Part shown: positions 27,383-36,660 of the stretch, in pieces
Numbering within the stretch: the stretch's first letter is position 1
How the letters are laid out: each line of letters begins with the position of its first letter
Origin: a virus
Lineage: Duplodnaviria; Caudoviricetes
Strand: one strand, 5' to 3'
IMG/VR virus record: IMGVR_UViG_3300037484_000235
Location: 1 to 64,000 of that record
Length of the DNA: 64,000 nt
Notes under the pieces: generated by a model
What the model saw: the letters and a program-made list of their open reading frames with translations, nothing else
Databases searched by the model: none
What the model was told of the DNA's origin: nothing
Made by a program: the position numbers and the translations under genes

Positions 27383-27817
27383 TTATCCAATGGTGTCAAT
27401 CACACCGGGACCAGTCATGGCCCGCACGAAGCGCTCCGCCATCTTCCACCCACGTTCTGTGGGTTCGAAGCGGGCGATCGGGGACTTGTACTTCTTCCCG
27501 CTCTCGAAGAAATGGGGATCAACCAGCTTCTGCTTGAGTAGTTTCTTCAAGGTCAATCCCTCGAACACGAGAAGCTTGGCTCCTTCGTAATTGGTGCAGT
27601 CCGGATACTTCAATCCCACAATGAGGAACTTGCCGTGCTCCGAGGCCCTTAGCACCTTCCAGTTCTTAGGATCCGGGTTTCCGCCCGTGCGTGTGGGGGT
27701 TTCTACGCAGGTGTTGATGAAGGCTCTGCCGCCCTTCAACCCACCGATCTTGGTGTTGCTTGTTTCAGCAGGGATGCTGCTATTTGACATGATCATTCCA
27801 CCAAGTCCCATACACAC
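27383..27817 (-). CDS. phage-type hypothetical protein
   Basis: NPDP.NW...YPDCTNYEG.KLLVF...DPHF...SPIARFEPT..GW. Confidence 0.75.
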   Translation of the reverse strand: MCMGLGGMIMSNSSIPAETSNTKIGGLKGGRAFINTCVETPTRTGGNPDPKNWKVLRASEHGKFLIVGLKYPDCTNYEGAKLLVFEGLTLKKLLKQKLVDPHFFESGKKYKSPIARFEPTERGWKMAERFVRAMTGPGVIDTIG

Positions 27818-27829
27818 CTCCCACTGGGT

Positions 27830-28129
27830 TCAGTTTACGTCCACGAAATCTAGGGCACACACACAATCGAATCCACTCTGGCTACCATCCGCAAGGAAGT
27901 GCCCTCGCAATTCGACTACAGAGGTATTTGGGCGTGTTTGATTTGCACCCCTACAGTAGCCCTCGCAAGTGGACTGTTGAAGGGTCCCTTTGACCACCGC
28001 ATTGGGCTGAGCCTCCGGAGGTGGATCAAAGTGAGAGAAGGCATTTAGGACAAAGGAGAAGAGCACTGCTACCGTAACCACAACCACCAGGGTCACAATC
28101 GCCCAACCCAAGATTTTGAGTGCTTGCAT
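27830..28129 (-). CDS. single-pass membrane protein with Cys-rich tail
   Basis: N-terminal TM; CEGYC...CVC. Confidence 0.65.
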   Translation of the reverse strand: MQALKILGWAIVTLVVVVTVAVLFSFVLNAFSHFDPPPEAQPNAVVKGTLQQSTCEGYCRGANQTRPNTSVVELRGHFLADGSQSGFDCVCALDFVDVN

Positions 28130-28134
28130 AGGCT

Positions 28135-29052
28135 TCACTTGGAGGCTCCATGTTGTGCGGTTACCATGGCACACAAGGTGTGAAAGTACTCAATAGGAAA
28201 CTCCTGTTTCATTTTGTTGATATCCTTGTGTACCCACTGCACGTTCCCCTCAATGTACCCTAATTTGCTGTTTATCCGGTCAACGGAAGCATCGTTTTTA
28301 TTCCTTGTGCGGAGGCTGAATGGAATTGGCATTCCAGTGAGCACACACCGTCCCTTTTGTGCTTCGTACAGAGACCACAGATACTCTATGGTGACTTCGA
28401 ATGGTATGGCCCTCACCTGCGCCCCTCTTCGGATACGACCAAAGAATGTCGTTGATAATAGTCCCACACCTGACCATGCACCTCGTGGTGCGCAACCACA
28501 GTTGTTTGTCTTGTTGATGGACAACAAATCTGGGCGCACCCTTACCTCATTACCACAGGAACATTGACAGATGGCTTTGTACTTCGCGTCTGTTGTGAAT
28601 CCCATAACAGTCAGTTTGTCGAACACATCACCTACGGACACGGAGCGTAGGCCATCCCAACGCTTACGGGTGTTGTTAGAGAGCAGACTCCGAATCTCCG
28701 GCCTGGACTTTAACGCTTTACACAGCGGGTTGAGTTCCCCATTGAAGTCAGCGTGATTCTCAGACATCCGGATCTTGGCCTCATCTGTATGTTTTCTCCC
28801 GAAAAATGGATTTCTCTCTCCGGAACTCGCCTCGGACAACTCCTTGCGCCTCTCATTTGAGACCTTGTGCCCCTTACTCCACAGCCCGCATCCGGATTGC
28901 TTACACGTTAAGGATGCGGCCATCTTGGTGGACTCAGATACAAGAGGCATACCCGGGAAGCGCACACGAAACGTTGGGACATCCAAATCGTGCTTACGTA
29001 TGTGGCTCATCAGTGACTTGAAATCACTTTTACATATAGGACATGTGATCAT
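28135..29052 (-). CDS. HNH-type homing endonuclease with zinc finger and NUMOD3
   Basis: CPIC..F..L..HIR.H; NPFFGRKHTDEAK; SVDRINS..GYIEGNVQWVHKDIN. Confidence 0.75.
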   Translation of the reverse strand: MITCPICKSDFKSLMSHIRKHDLDVPTFRVRFPGMPLVSESTKMAASLTCKQSGCGLWSKGHKVSNERRKELSEASSGERNPFFGRKHTDEAKIRMSENHADFNGELNPLCKALKSRPEIRSLLSNNTRKRWDGLRSVSVGDVFDKLTVMGFTTDAKYKAICQCSCGNEVRVRPDLLSINKTNNCGCAPRGAWSGVGLLSTTFFGRIRRGAQVRAIPFEVTIEYLWSLYEAQKGRCVLTGMPIPFSLRTRNKNDASVDRINSKLGYIEGNVQWVHKDINKMKQEFPIEYFHTLCAMVTAQHGASK

Positions 29053-29085
29053 ACCCTACGAAGGTATAGGGGGATCAACCGGTCT

Positions 29086-30036
29086 TCATTTGGAGACTTG
29101 AGAGGCCCAGAACATCTCTTGGGCCTCTACACACAGGTCATTGAGCTTCCCTATATCGGGGGTCTTTCGAAGAGTGGATTCGGTGTAGAGTACCTGCATT
29201 GCGGCATCTTCTCGTTCAGCCCATGAGATCAGGTCGTCGTACTTCATCTCGCCTCGTCGGATAGCGAGCAGCTCGGCTGCGTCTGGGCGTTTCACGATCA
29301 CACCCTTACCCTCTAGGATCTCCCGACACATTTTCAGGAGACGGACTAGGTGTAATCCGTGCTTCCCGTCAAATCCAAAGGCCCGCTCCATCTCGGAACG
29401 CTTTGGATTACGATTGGCTTTCCAGTTCTCGTGCTGATTCCACCGATCAAGTGCAGCCTTGTACTGCTTTTCCTTTTGGACAAGTTCCATGACATTGGGG
29501 GAAACTTCGATGTCTTCAATGACCATCTTGTCAAAGGCCCCCATCATGTCACTCGTGATCTTCATTGTGGCACTGAGTCCGAACTCCTCTCGGGTTGGTC
29601 TGTGGGTTGGTGGATTGAGAACATATCCCCTATGCGTACGAATCCTTTTGAGTTGAGCCATCGCGTATCCGCTAAATGTGTGGCGTGCCTTCTTCGAGAT
29701 GAAGAGATCCCGGTTGTCTCGGAGGAGCTTGCCCGCTGGGTGCAGCATACGGATATCGGACTCGTCTACGAACAGAGTCTCGATGATGTTCGGATTGCAG
29801 TCCGCAGCAAGGTTGCAGAACTTGCGGATGTCGTAGACAACCGAGTCGAGATCTGGATGGCCGTTCTTGGGGTTTCGTTCACACTGCTCGAACGTATACG
29901 CGAAGCCCTGGACGTGGCTACGAGGGGCGACGGCAAAACCACGGACGTCTACATCTGACTCGGGCGTAGAGGTGCCGTAGGCGTGCGAGCCATAGGTGAC
30001 TAGGTAAACGGTGTGTTCGTCAATGTCGAAGTTCAC
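29086..30036 (-). CDS. DNA polymerase beta-superfamily nucleotidyltransferase (RlaP/Nuc-transf-like)
   Basis: GSHAYGTSTPESDVDVRG, CNPNIIETLF and KHGLHLVRLL motifs. Confidence 0.85.
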   Translation of the reverse strand: MNFDIDEHTVYLVTYGSHAYGTSTPESDVDVRGFAVAPRSHVQGFAYTFEQCERNPKNGHPDLDSVVYDIRKFCNLAADCNPNIIETLFVDESDIRMLHPAGKLLRDNRDLFISKKARHTFSGYAMAQLKRIRTHRGYVLNPPTHRPTREEFGLSATMKITSDMMGAFDKMVIEDIEVSPNVMELVQKEKQYKAALDRWNQHENWKANRNPKRSEMERAFGFDGKHGLHLVRLLKMCREILEGKGVIVKRPDAAELLAIRRGEMKYDDLISWAEREDAAMQVLYTESTLRKTPDIGKLNDLCVEAQEMFWASQVSK

Positions 30037-30467
30037 TTGGGCTCGTTTTCGTAGGTCGTGGGCTTCCAGATCGCTTGCTCATATCCCTTACGCGCTTGGG
30101 AGAGGGTATGAAGATGTTCGAAGACCCCTGGGGTGTTGTGTCTGCTTGCCTTGAGGCCGATTTCAACGATTGCTTTTTCAGCCGCAGCGTTGAGGTCGTC
30201 TGCCGCCTTGAGGGAGTCTTCCATCCTCTTGCGTGTGGCAACAAGAAGCTGGATCTGATCCGCGCAGTCCCGAATCAGTTCGTCCTTCTGTCTCACCAGG
30301 GCCTCACTCTTGAGGAGTAGGAGGTTTGCGTCCTTGAGGCGGTCAAGCTTGGCGAAGACCTCCCCAATGGCAGCCTCCATCTTGGAGATCGGACCACCAG
30401 GGTCAGCGTTCAGATCGAAGCGCGACGCTTGGATCAGGTCGGAGAGTTCCTCTTGAGATACCATCAC
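30033..30467 (-). CDS. coiled-coil hypothetical protein
   Basis: GTGA overlap. Confidence 0.6.
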   Translation of the reverse strand: MMVSQEELSDLIQASRFDLNADPGGPISKMEAAIGEVFAKLDRLKDANLLLLKSEALVRQKDELIRDCADQIQLLVATRKRMEDSLKAADDLNAAAEKAIVEIGLKASRHNTPGVFEHLHTLSQARKGYEQAIWKPTTYENEPK

Positions 30468-30727
30468 ACAACCTCGTGCTTCGCGTCGAGCGCATCGAGG
30501 TCGCCGCCAAGGGCACGGTAGGCCGAACGCATGTGTCCAATGATGATCTGGTCATCGGATGCCATCACCTGAATCAGAGCCGTGTACAGGTGGTTACGGG
30601 CATCCACCTGTACCGTCTCCAGACGCTTCATCTCCCCGATCACTTCGACGAGAACATCCTCGTCAGGGTGGTAACCCTCCGTCAACGTGCACAGTTCGGC
30701 TTTGCGGGTGTGGGTCATGGGAGTCAT
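30464..30727 (-). CDS. hypothetical protein
   Basis: Follows the element. Confidence 0.65.
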   Translation of the reverse strand: MTPMTHTRKAELCTLTEGYHPDEDVLVEVIGEMKRLETVQVDARNHLYTALIQVMASDDQIIIGHMRSAYRALGGDLDALDAKHEVV

Positions 30728-30734
30728 GTTGGTT

Positions 30735-30776
30735 CCTCGTCTAGGTAACGGATAGTCCCTACCCCATTACACGATT
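30735..30776 (-). promoter_or_regulatory. bipartite promoter-like element
   Basis: AATCGTGTAA-N16-CGTTA on - strand. Confidence 0.85.
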
Positions 30777-31126
30777 CGTCGAGCACAGGGAGGCCGGTGA
30801 CTACGATCGTCGGTCTTTTCTCCGCAGTCGGAACACAGGTCATCCGCCGTTCGGAGCTGGAACGTGTGATGAAAGGCCCCACAGTAGTCGCACTTCTCTG
30901 TTTCCCAGTCGCTGTTCATATCCCGCATCCGATGGTTACCCTCACGCAGGGACGTTCCTTGCTGGTCCGTTCGAGTGAGGCGCTCCTCAGCGTCCCCAAA
31001 GAACCGAATCAGATTTGCCATTGCTTCACGGGTCAGTTCTGGAGTTGTGTATTTGTCCACACCTCCGGACCACTCTCGATAGCGAGGACCATCCGGCGTG
31101 TTCTTTCGTTCAATCCATCGAGCCAT
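30767..31126 (-). CDS. hypothetical protein with zinc finger
   Basis: CDYC and CSDC; stop supplied by the box (ends ...IV*). Confidence 0.65.
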   Translation of the reverse strand: MARWIERKNTPDGPRYREWSGGVDKYTTPELTREAMANLIRFFGDAEERLTRTDQQGTSLREGNHRMRDMNSDWETEKCDYCGAFHHTFQLRTADDLCSDCGEKTDDRSHRPPCARRIV

Positions 31127-31820
31127 TGGAAAGTCCTTGGGTGCGGAGAACCCTGAATGTAGTGGTGTCGGTCTCGTTGATCCTTACCACTATGATTTGT
31201 ATCGTATCCCCTACGCGAATATGAGTGCCTGGGGGGTCTGTGTCTTCAGACTTTACGGAGTAGCTCTTATGGTTGCGACCAAAGCGGTCCAACCAAGGGC
31301 CGATGACACTTATGAGAAAGACAGAGTTCGAAGGACTCTCTGTTGGAGCTGATGCGAACGGGAATGGATCTGAAGGGTCATCTCCGTAATCCAGAAATGT
31401 GTCAGATACAATGCCCTCAGAGATCAAACCGTTGTGAGCGGACTTGACCCCAAACCGTGCACAGTGATCGATACATCGGACCCACTCAGACTCATCCACT
31501 CCAGGTGGCACATGAGAACGCAACACAGCTAGTGATTGCTGATGTGATCCTATCGCTTTCCTCTCTTCTGCGATGGAGTGGAAATGCCACCAGAATCCAA
31601 CCACACCAATTATTGCGAGAGCAACAAGGGTGACGGAGATGACCTTCGTCCACCAGACTACTCCGGTCAACTTCTGGCTCCACCAGATCCGACGTTCCCT
31701 TTTGAGTTCCCTCTCCCGCTTCTTTGTCAGCCCATTGGCGCGCTCCTCTGCCTCTCGAAGTTGTTGTTCAAGAACTTCGTTCTTGGCTTGCAGGTGGTCC
31801 TGCTGGTTCCGGAAGCTCAT
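31110..31820 (-). CDS. membrane-anchored protein
   Basis: N-terminal coiled coil, then TM VISVTLVALAIIGVVGFWW. Confidence 0.7.
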   Translation of the reverse strand: MSFRNQQDHLQAKNEVLEQQLREAEERANGLTKKRERELKRERRIWWSQKLTGVVWWTKVISVTLVALAIIGVVGFWWHFHSIAEERKAIGSHQQSLAVLRSHVPPGVDESEWVRCIDHCARFGVKSAHNGLISEGIVSDTFLDYGDDPSDPFPFASAPTESPSNSVFLISVIGPWLDRFGRNHKSYSVKSEDTDPPGTHIRVGDTIQIIVVRINETDTTTFRVLRTQGLSNGSMD

Positions 31821-32110
31821 GTTGGTGTACCAGTCGGGAGGTCTAGAATCTTCTCGCAGAAGTCACACTGATGTGACCCCTTCTCTCGAACATCATCCCG
31901 AAGAACAAGCTCGTGCATCAAGGCTAGCTTCGACCCCTCAAGGACATCCTGGCGGCTATCTCCGATTGCCGATAGGATGAGCTTCCCATGCAAGTAGGTC
32001 TCGCATTTCCACCGACCTAATCCGAATGACTCGTCCCCAAGATCCCCATCATCTCGGGCAACGATCAGACGGGAGTCCGCAAGAATCAGGTTCTCGTAGA
32101 CCTGCCTCAT
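31817..32110 (-). CDS. hypothetical protein
   Basis: ATGA overlaps on both sides. Confidence 0.6.
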   Translation of the reverse strand: MRQVYENLILADSRLIVARDDGDLGDESFGLGRWKCETYLHGKLILSAIGDSRQDVLEGSKLALMHELVLRDDVREKGSHQCDFCEKILDLPTGTPT

Positions 32111-32565
32111 ACCCCACCTTCTGTCGCACCACCGTGCTGTGGACAAGCCACCTCTCGGACTACAAGGTGGCAGGTGCATCCTTCAAGGTAGTCACCATTC
32201 TCAGGTCGGGACACGTTGCACAAGGCATCCCACGCAGCCAGTAGCCCACGCTCGATTCCAGACAGCCGATCCCCGGCCTCTTCCCAAGTCACAGAATAGA
32301 CTTGGAGCTTGGCCCAAAGACCCGGCGCGTACTCCCCCGTGATGTCAAATTCCACAGTCGTGTAATCTACATCCACAGTCGGAATCCGAGTCTCACTCAC
32401 GGTCGCGTGGACGGAAAGTTTGTTGTTCAGTATGCAAACAGGGTTCCCGCACTCATCACGAGATTCACCCTCATCTGCACGGCGGACTCTCTTCCAGAAG
32501 GTACGCTCATGTTCATTCTTCCAGCCCCTGTTCGCAAACATGGCCTCAATCTCTTCGTACTTCAT
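32107..32565 (-). CDS. hypothetical protein
   Basis: Tiles the operon. Confidence 0.65.
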   Translation of the reverse strand: MKYEEIEAMFANRGWKNEHERTFWKRVRRADEGESRDECGNPVCILNNKLSVHATVSETRIPTVDVDYTTVEFDITGEYAPGLWAKLQVYSVTWEEAGDRLSGIERGLLAAWDALCNVSRPENGDYLEGCTCHLVVREVACPQHGGATEGGV

Positions 32566-32867
32566 TTCGACACCTCACTCGGTGGGATAACGGAGAGGGT
32601 GCTTTGGTGAAGCATCACCACCTCTTCGACGGAGCACTTCTCACACCGGACTGTCCGAAGGCCAGGACAGGCCAGGTCTGGCTGAACCCAGAATCTAACG
32701 TCCTGCGGGGGGCTCGTAGGGGAAGCCGCTCTCACATGACGAACGGTCCCGTCAAACACAAAACGAGTCCCCCCGAATTTCAGTTGTGCACCCGAGAGGG
32801 CACTTAGGGGGTCGTTAATCTGAATGACGGTTACCCGGACTCGGGTGCCTTTGGTCACGTAGGTCAT
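32562..32867 (-). CDS. hypothetical protein
   Basis: ATGA overlap. Confidence 0.6.
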   Translation of the reverse strand: MTYVTKGTRVRVTVIQINDPLSALSGAQLKFGGTRFVFDGTVRHVRAASPTSPPQDVRFWVQPDLACPGLRTVRCEKCSVEEVVMLHQSTLSVIPPSEVSK

Positions 32868-33124
32868 GTGGTCTTTCGGTGACGGCGATAGAACTCCAGG
32901 AGGGTCCACAGCCCGTCATCATGGAGAATGCCACCAAGCTGGAGCATCTCCTCTCGTGCCCTGGAGTCGCCCATACCACCGGCAAATCGGCGGGTCGCAT
33001 CGTCGTACCCCTGGACGATCACCTCCAATTCGGCGAGCTTCACTAGATGTTCAGCCTCCAGCACCTTCTCGCGTGCCAGGCGCTCTATTTCTTCTCGTGC
33101 GGCCCGTGCCTTTGTCATTGCCAT
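32864..33124 (-). CDS. hypothetical protein
   Basis: Follows the element. Confidence 0.7.
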   Translation of the reverse strand: MAMTKARAAREEIERLAREKVLEAEHLVKLAELEVIVQGYDDATRRFAGGMGDSRAREEMLQLGGILHDDGLWTLLEFYRRHRKTT

Positions 33125-33133
33125 GGTAGATCT

Positions 33134-33175
33134 CCTACCTGTGTAACGGGGTGGGCTAGGGGGATTTACACGATT
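33134..33175 (-). promoter_or_regulatory. bipartite promoter-like element
   Basis: AATCGTGTAA-N17-CGTTACACAGGTAGG. Confidence 0.85.
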
Positions 33176-33278
33176 GTCGGATAGCGGTGACGGACCAATA
33201 TAGGACTATGACGGAGAACGCCAGAATCACCCCGGCAATCCAATCGAGGCCATTGTATCTATCGAACCAGTCTATCAC
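33156..33278 (-). CDS. 40-aa membrane peptide (not in ORF track)
   Basis: MIDWFDRYNGLDWIAGVILAFSVIVLYWSVTAIRQSCKSP; GTGA overlap. Confidence 0.55.
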   Translation of the reverse strand: MIDWFDRYNGLDWIAGVILAFSVIVLYWSVTAIRQSCKSP

Positions 33279-33430
33279 TCGTCGTCTTCCTCATCCCCAT
33301 AGGAGCCCGGCGCACAGCACTCTTTGTCTGGTTCGCATTGGGCCTTTACGCATTCATCACAGAAATCCCCAGGTTCTCCGATTGTCGTCTCGAAACAATC
33401 TCGGCACCCACAGTGAATATATCCCGTCAT
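33275..33430 (-). CDS. 51-aa Cys-rich acidic peptide (not in ORF track)
   Basis: 8 Cys; tail GDEEDDE; overlaps both neighbours by 4 nt. Confidence 0.65.
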   Translation of the reverse strand: MTGYIHCGCRDCFETTIGEPGDFCDECVKAQCEPDKECCAPGSYGDEEDDE

Positions 33431-33825
33431 CGGTAGGCACTCAGCCAGCTGGCAATCTCGGAGATGGTCTTGCCCGTCAAGTCAGCGGTGTGGTCCTCGA
33501 AGGTTGAGGTGTTTGTTGCCCCACCCTCGACCGTGCACCCGTCTGAGTCGAACACGATCTCAATGGCCCATGGCCCGTTGTCCCATTCCGCCTGGACACC
33601 TCCAGTCGGCGTTGGGAAGATGCCTGGGGCACCGATGTCCGGGTGTGCAGCGAGTAGGGCGAAGAGCACCTCACGCGAGCGACTGAGTGCGGCACCGGAA
33701 GGTGCATCTCCATAGCCATCAAGCCAGCCTGGCTTCAGGAGGTCATAGCCATCATTAAGCCAGCCTGGCTTCAGGTCTCCCAGTTCCTTGATGCGTGCCT
33801 CCAATGCTTGTAGGGTCAGGGTCAT
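33427..33825 (-). CDS. hypothetical protein
   Basis: GW.DGYG.AP...IFPTPTGGVQAEW. Confidence 0.7.
   Translation of the reverse strand: MTLTLQALEARIKELGDLKPGWLNDGYDLLKPGWLDGYGDAPSGAALSRSREVLFALLAAHPDIGAPGIFPTPTGGVQAEWDNGPWAIEIVFDSDGCTVEGGATNTSTFEDHTADLTGKTISEIASWLSAYR
33711..33775. repeat. in-frame tandem duplication (LKPGWL(N)DGY x2)
   Basis: CATAGCCATC(ATT)AAGCCAGCCTGGCTTCAGG at 33711 and 33744. Confidence 0.85.
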
Positions 33826-34088
33826 CGGTAGATCGGCCGTGTGCTAGGTTGTACATCCTCAGGGGACACCGTTGGGGCGAATCCACGAAGACGCAGGCCA
33901 CCAGTCTTCGTGACGCTCTCGACGACGTACGCTTCGTTCGGGTGCATGTACACTGAGGCTTTTCCCATGAAGAATCCGACCCGCCTCTTCTTGGCCTTGT
34001 GCTCGTCACGGTCAATCGCTGCTTGACGCTTCACGTCGGCAAGTCGGCACTCCACTTTGTCTCCAGGACGAAAATCGGTTTGGGTCAT
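33822..34088 (-). CDS. SH3-like hypothetical protein
   Basis: FRPGDKVEC; ATGA overlap. Confidence 0.6.
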   Translation of the reverse strand: MTQTDFRPGDKVECRLADVKRQAAIDRDEHKAKKRRVGFFMGKASVYMHPNEAYVVESVTKTGGLRLRGFAPTVSPEDVQPSTRPIYR

Positions 34089-34294
34089 TCTGGGCTCCCA
34101 TCTTCACTGACGTACACGTCCGTCCGGACCGTTAGATCAGCACCCACAGGGAATTTTGAGGCCCTGACCCCGGCCACAACCGGAGACCTCGCGCCGAGTG
34201 ACGACACCCAATAGTGATTTCCGTCCCACATCTCACAGATGTACTGCTTGCCGAGCCACAGCCCGATCCCAGCGGCGATCATTTCATCGGTCAC
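34085..34294 (-). CDS. hypothetical protein
   Basis: 4-nt overlaps with neighbours. Confidence 0.6.
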   Translation of the reverse strand: MTDEMIAAGIGLWLGKQYICEMWDGNHYWVSSLGARSPVVAGVRASKFPVGADLTVRTDVYVSEDGSPE

Positions 34295-34626
34295 TTCGGC
34301 ACCAGGAACATTGGATCGGTGATCCCCCGGGTCTGCTCATTGAAGGTGCTCTGCTGGGAGTCGAACCGAGCCATGAGGGAGGTATGTACCCCACTCACCA
34401 TCATCTTCTGGTGCCAGTCCGGGGGGTAGTCGTAGCCACGCCGGAGCTTGATGGCATCGCAGGTCGCTCGGAACTGTGCGTAGTTCTCGCAGGCGGTGAG
34501 TGCCTGGAACTCCTCGGGGGTCATGTTCGTTTCACGGGGGAGCGGACCACCGAGATTCTTTGCAATCTCTGGCGCTGCAATGTACCGGAGGTCTCGGAAG
34601 TTCTGCGTATCTTGGGGGGTGTGCAT
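34291..34626 (-). CDS. hypothetical protein
   Basis: Tiles the operon. Confidence 0.65.
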   Translation of the reverse strand: MHTPQDTQNFRDLRYIAAPEIAKNLGGPLPRETNMTPEEFQALTACENYAQFRATCDAIKLRRGYDYPPDWHQKMMVSGVHTSLMARFDSQQSTFNEQTRGITDPMFLVPK

Positions 34627-34639
34627 GGGTCTTTCCTAA

Positions 34640-34882
34640 CTACGGGCGGAGCGTGAAGGCGTTGACAGAGAAGATCTTGGTGGGCTTCTTCACAGCCCAG
34701 ATCTCCACGCGAGAAGGGCCGCAGCACTCACAGTCAGTGACCACCTTGTGTCGGAATTCATCCCCAAGAACATTGGAGAGGTTCCAGAGATTCTCAACAC
34801 GAGCCAGTCTGGCGCTCAGCATGAAGGGGAACTCCGCCTTGCGGAAGGCTCGGAACACACGACGCTTTTCATACTTTCCCAT
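34640..34882 (-). CDS. hypothetical protein
   Basis: GAGG upstream. Confidence 0.6.
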   Translation of the reverse strand: MGKYEKRRVFRAFRKAEFPFMLSARLARVENLWNLSNVLGDEFRHKVVTDCECCGPSRVEIWAVKKPTKIFSVNAFTLRP

Positions 34883-34891
34883 TGGTTCCTC

Positions 34892-35242
34892 CTAGATGTC
34901 CCGACTGAGCGTGTGACGGTTTTCTTCTTCGTCGAGGGCTCGATCGACGCTGGCGTACATGAGTTCCTGAGACGAGTAGGCTTCTGAGCCGTAGCGGGGG
35001 GCCGTTTCCGCCCAGTGGCCTGAGTTCCTCGGATCCGTGCCCGCAGCCTTGATGTTGGAGAACAGGCGGGCCATGCGTGGAGGCAAGGCGTAGCCCTTGC
35101 GCACCTCCCGGTAGAAGTGGTTCCACCGGCGGCCATCCGGGCTCTCGGCAACGATGTAGTGGAGAAGGGAGAATTCGTCCTCACCAAATTCAGTCAGGCC
35201 GACCTTGACCAAGTCGTTGCGGGCGAAGTACACGAACTTCAT
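34892..35242 (-). CDS. hypothetical protein
   Basis: ATGA overlap. Confidence 0.65.
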   Translation of the reverse strand: MKFVYFARNDLVKVGLTEFGEDEFSLLHYIVAESPDGRRWNHFYREVRKGYALPPRMARLFSNIKAAGTDPRNSGHWAETAPRYGSEAYSSQELMYASVDRALDEEENRHTLSRDI

Positions 35243-35418
35243 GACGTGATCTCCTCGGGGGTGCGGTCGATGATCTTGGCAGCCATGTAGGCGAGCCAGA
35301 TCGCTTCGGGGGTGGCAGACGTGGAGAAGTGCTCCGCAATCTCTGGGCCCGTAAGACCCTGGCAGACCGCCGCGCGTACGCGGTTGATGAGCTTCTCTGT
35401 GTCGTTCGTGGTGTCCAT
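35239..35418 (-). CDS. 59-aa hypothetical protein (not in ORF track)
   Basis: MDTTNDTEKLINRVR...; immediately after the element. Confidence 0.7.
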   Translation of the reverse strand: MDTTNDTEKLINRVRAAVCQGLTGPEIAEHFSTSATPEAIWLAYMAAKIIDRTPEEITS

Positions 35419-35459
35419 CTCACCTATGTGACGGGTGGGTAGAGGAACATTACACGATT
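35419..35459 (-). promoter_or_regulatory. bipartite promoter-like element
   Basis: AATCGTGTAA-N16-CGTCACATAGGTGAG. Confidence 0.85.
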
Positions 35460-35472
35460 GCCAAACCGATTT

Positions 35473-35814
35473 CTATGTGCGCCCGCCGTCGTCCGACCAC
35501 TGGCCCAGCTCCCGGAGACTGAGCTTGGCTTCGTCGTGGTGCCAACAAAACACGCAAGAAGGCCGACCGTTGCCTGTAGGCACACCTCTCGTGCAGAAGC
35601 CAGCAGGATCCACACGATGCATGGTCCCGTCCGCAATTATCGCAGGCGGGTAACTTGTGCCCAGATCGAAGAACAAGGGCATCTCGAAGGTTATCTTGAA
35701 GGGTGATGGTCGTGCTCGGCTTTTAAGGGTCACCAAACTCAGGTCCCGACGATCTTCCCTGGGCCAAGTCCAAACGAAGTCGGACACCAATTTCCCGTCA
35801 GGGTAGTCCGTCAT
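35473..35814 (-). CDS. hypothetical protein
   Basis: Tiles the operon. Confidence 0.55.
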   Translation of the reverse strand: MTDYPDGKLVSDFVWTWPREDRRDLSLVTLKSRARPSPFKITFEMPLFFDLGTSYPPAIIADGTMHRVDPAGFCTRGVPTGNGRPSCVFCWHHDEAKLSLRELGQWSDDGGRT

Positions 35815-35816
35815 GA

Positions 35817-36296
35817 TCAGTACTGGTAGCGACTTCGGTTCTGCGGGGGTTCGATGCCCTCCGCACGAAGACGATCCAAGTTCTCCGGTGTGTTGCAGAT
35901 CTTCTCGAACACCTCGAACACGCCGCCACTCTTGCCGTCCGCCGAACAGCTGAGTCCCTGGTCATCCCGATTCTTGTTGGGGGCGTTCCCTGGGTACTGA
36001 TTGGCTGCTATGAGGATGAGCAGGCGAGGCTCGACAGGAACCCCCGGGAAGAGTGGGGTGGTCGGTTCGTAGACGCCGAGAGAGAATGTGAACCCATACC
36101 CGTGACTGAAGATGGTCGCAGGGCACCCCAACTGAATTGCTTCCCGTACGGTCTTCCACTCCTCTTCCGTAAGTGGGCGTGTTTCCGTGTAGATGCCATG
36201 AGGGCGATGATGAGGGCGCCCACTAAAGTAGTCCACTGTGGGGGTGCTGGTGTGGATGTCCTTCCACAGGGCGAGCAAGGTCTCAGCTGTGTTCAT
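35817..36296 (-). CDS. hypothetical protein
   Basis: ATG 36296 overlaps the upstream stop. Confidence 0.65.
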   Translation of the reverse strand: MNTAETLLALWKDIHTSTPTVDYFSGRPHHRPHGIYTETRPLTEEEWKTVREAIQLGCPATIFSHGYGFTFSLGVYEPTTPLFPGVPVEPRLLILIAANQYPGNAPNKNRDDQGLSCSADGKSGGVFEVFEKICNTPENLDRLRAEGIEPPQNRSRYQY

Positions 36297-36655
36297 GGGT
36301 CTAGATCCTTGAGTTTCTGAGCCAGTTCCCGATAGCGCTCTACCCCCATCACACCCATCGGACTCAAAGGTTCCTTTCCAGAGTCCGAGTTCTTGGGGGT
36401 ATCCCCCGAGACATAAGGAAACTCCAATTGCCCCCACCGTGGGTCGGACTCGGGTAGCAACACTACGAATGCCCGGAACCCCTCCCCATCCGCCGCAGTC
36501 GACTCGAAGGCACAGTTGGGAGCTACGCCTTGGAGTAGCACATCGCAGGCGTCTCTCAGACGCGTGAGCGCCACAGAGTCGCCTATGATGTACACCTCCT
36601 CATGTTCTCGGAAAGGAGCGTAGACGTGCAGCGAATTAGGGAAGGTTCGGTCCAC
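36293..36655 (-). CDS. phage-type hypothetical protein
   Basis: LHVYAP..EHEEVYIIG...DGEGF. Confidence 0.65.
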   Translation of the reverse strand: MDRTFPNSLHVYAPFREHEEVYIIGDSVALTRLRDACDVLLQGVAPNCAFESTAADGEGFRAFVVLLPESDPRWGQLEFPYVSGDTPKNSDSGKEPLSPMGVMGVERYRELAQKLKDLDP

Positions 36656-36660
36656 GGATT

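Noticed and set aside
29359-29958. 199-aa + strand ORF
   Set aside because: Antisense to the motif-bearing nucleotidyltransferase.
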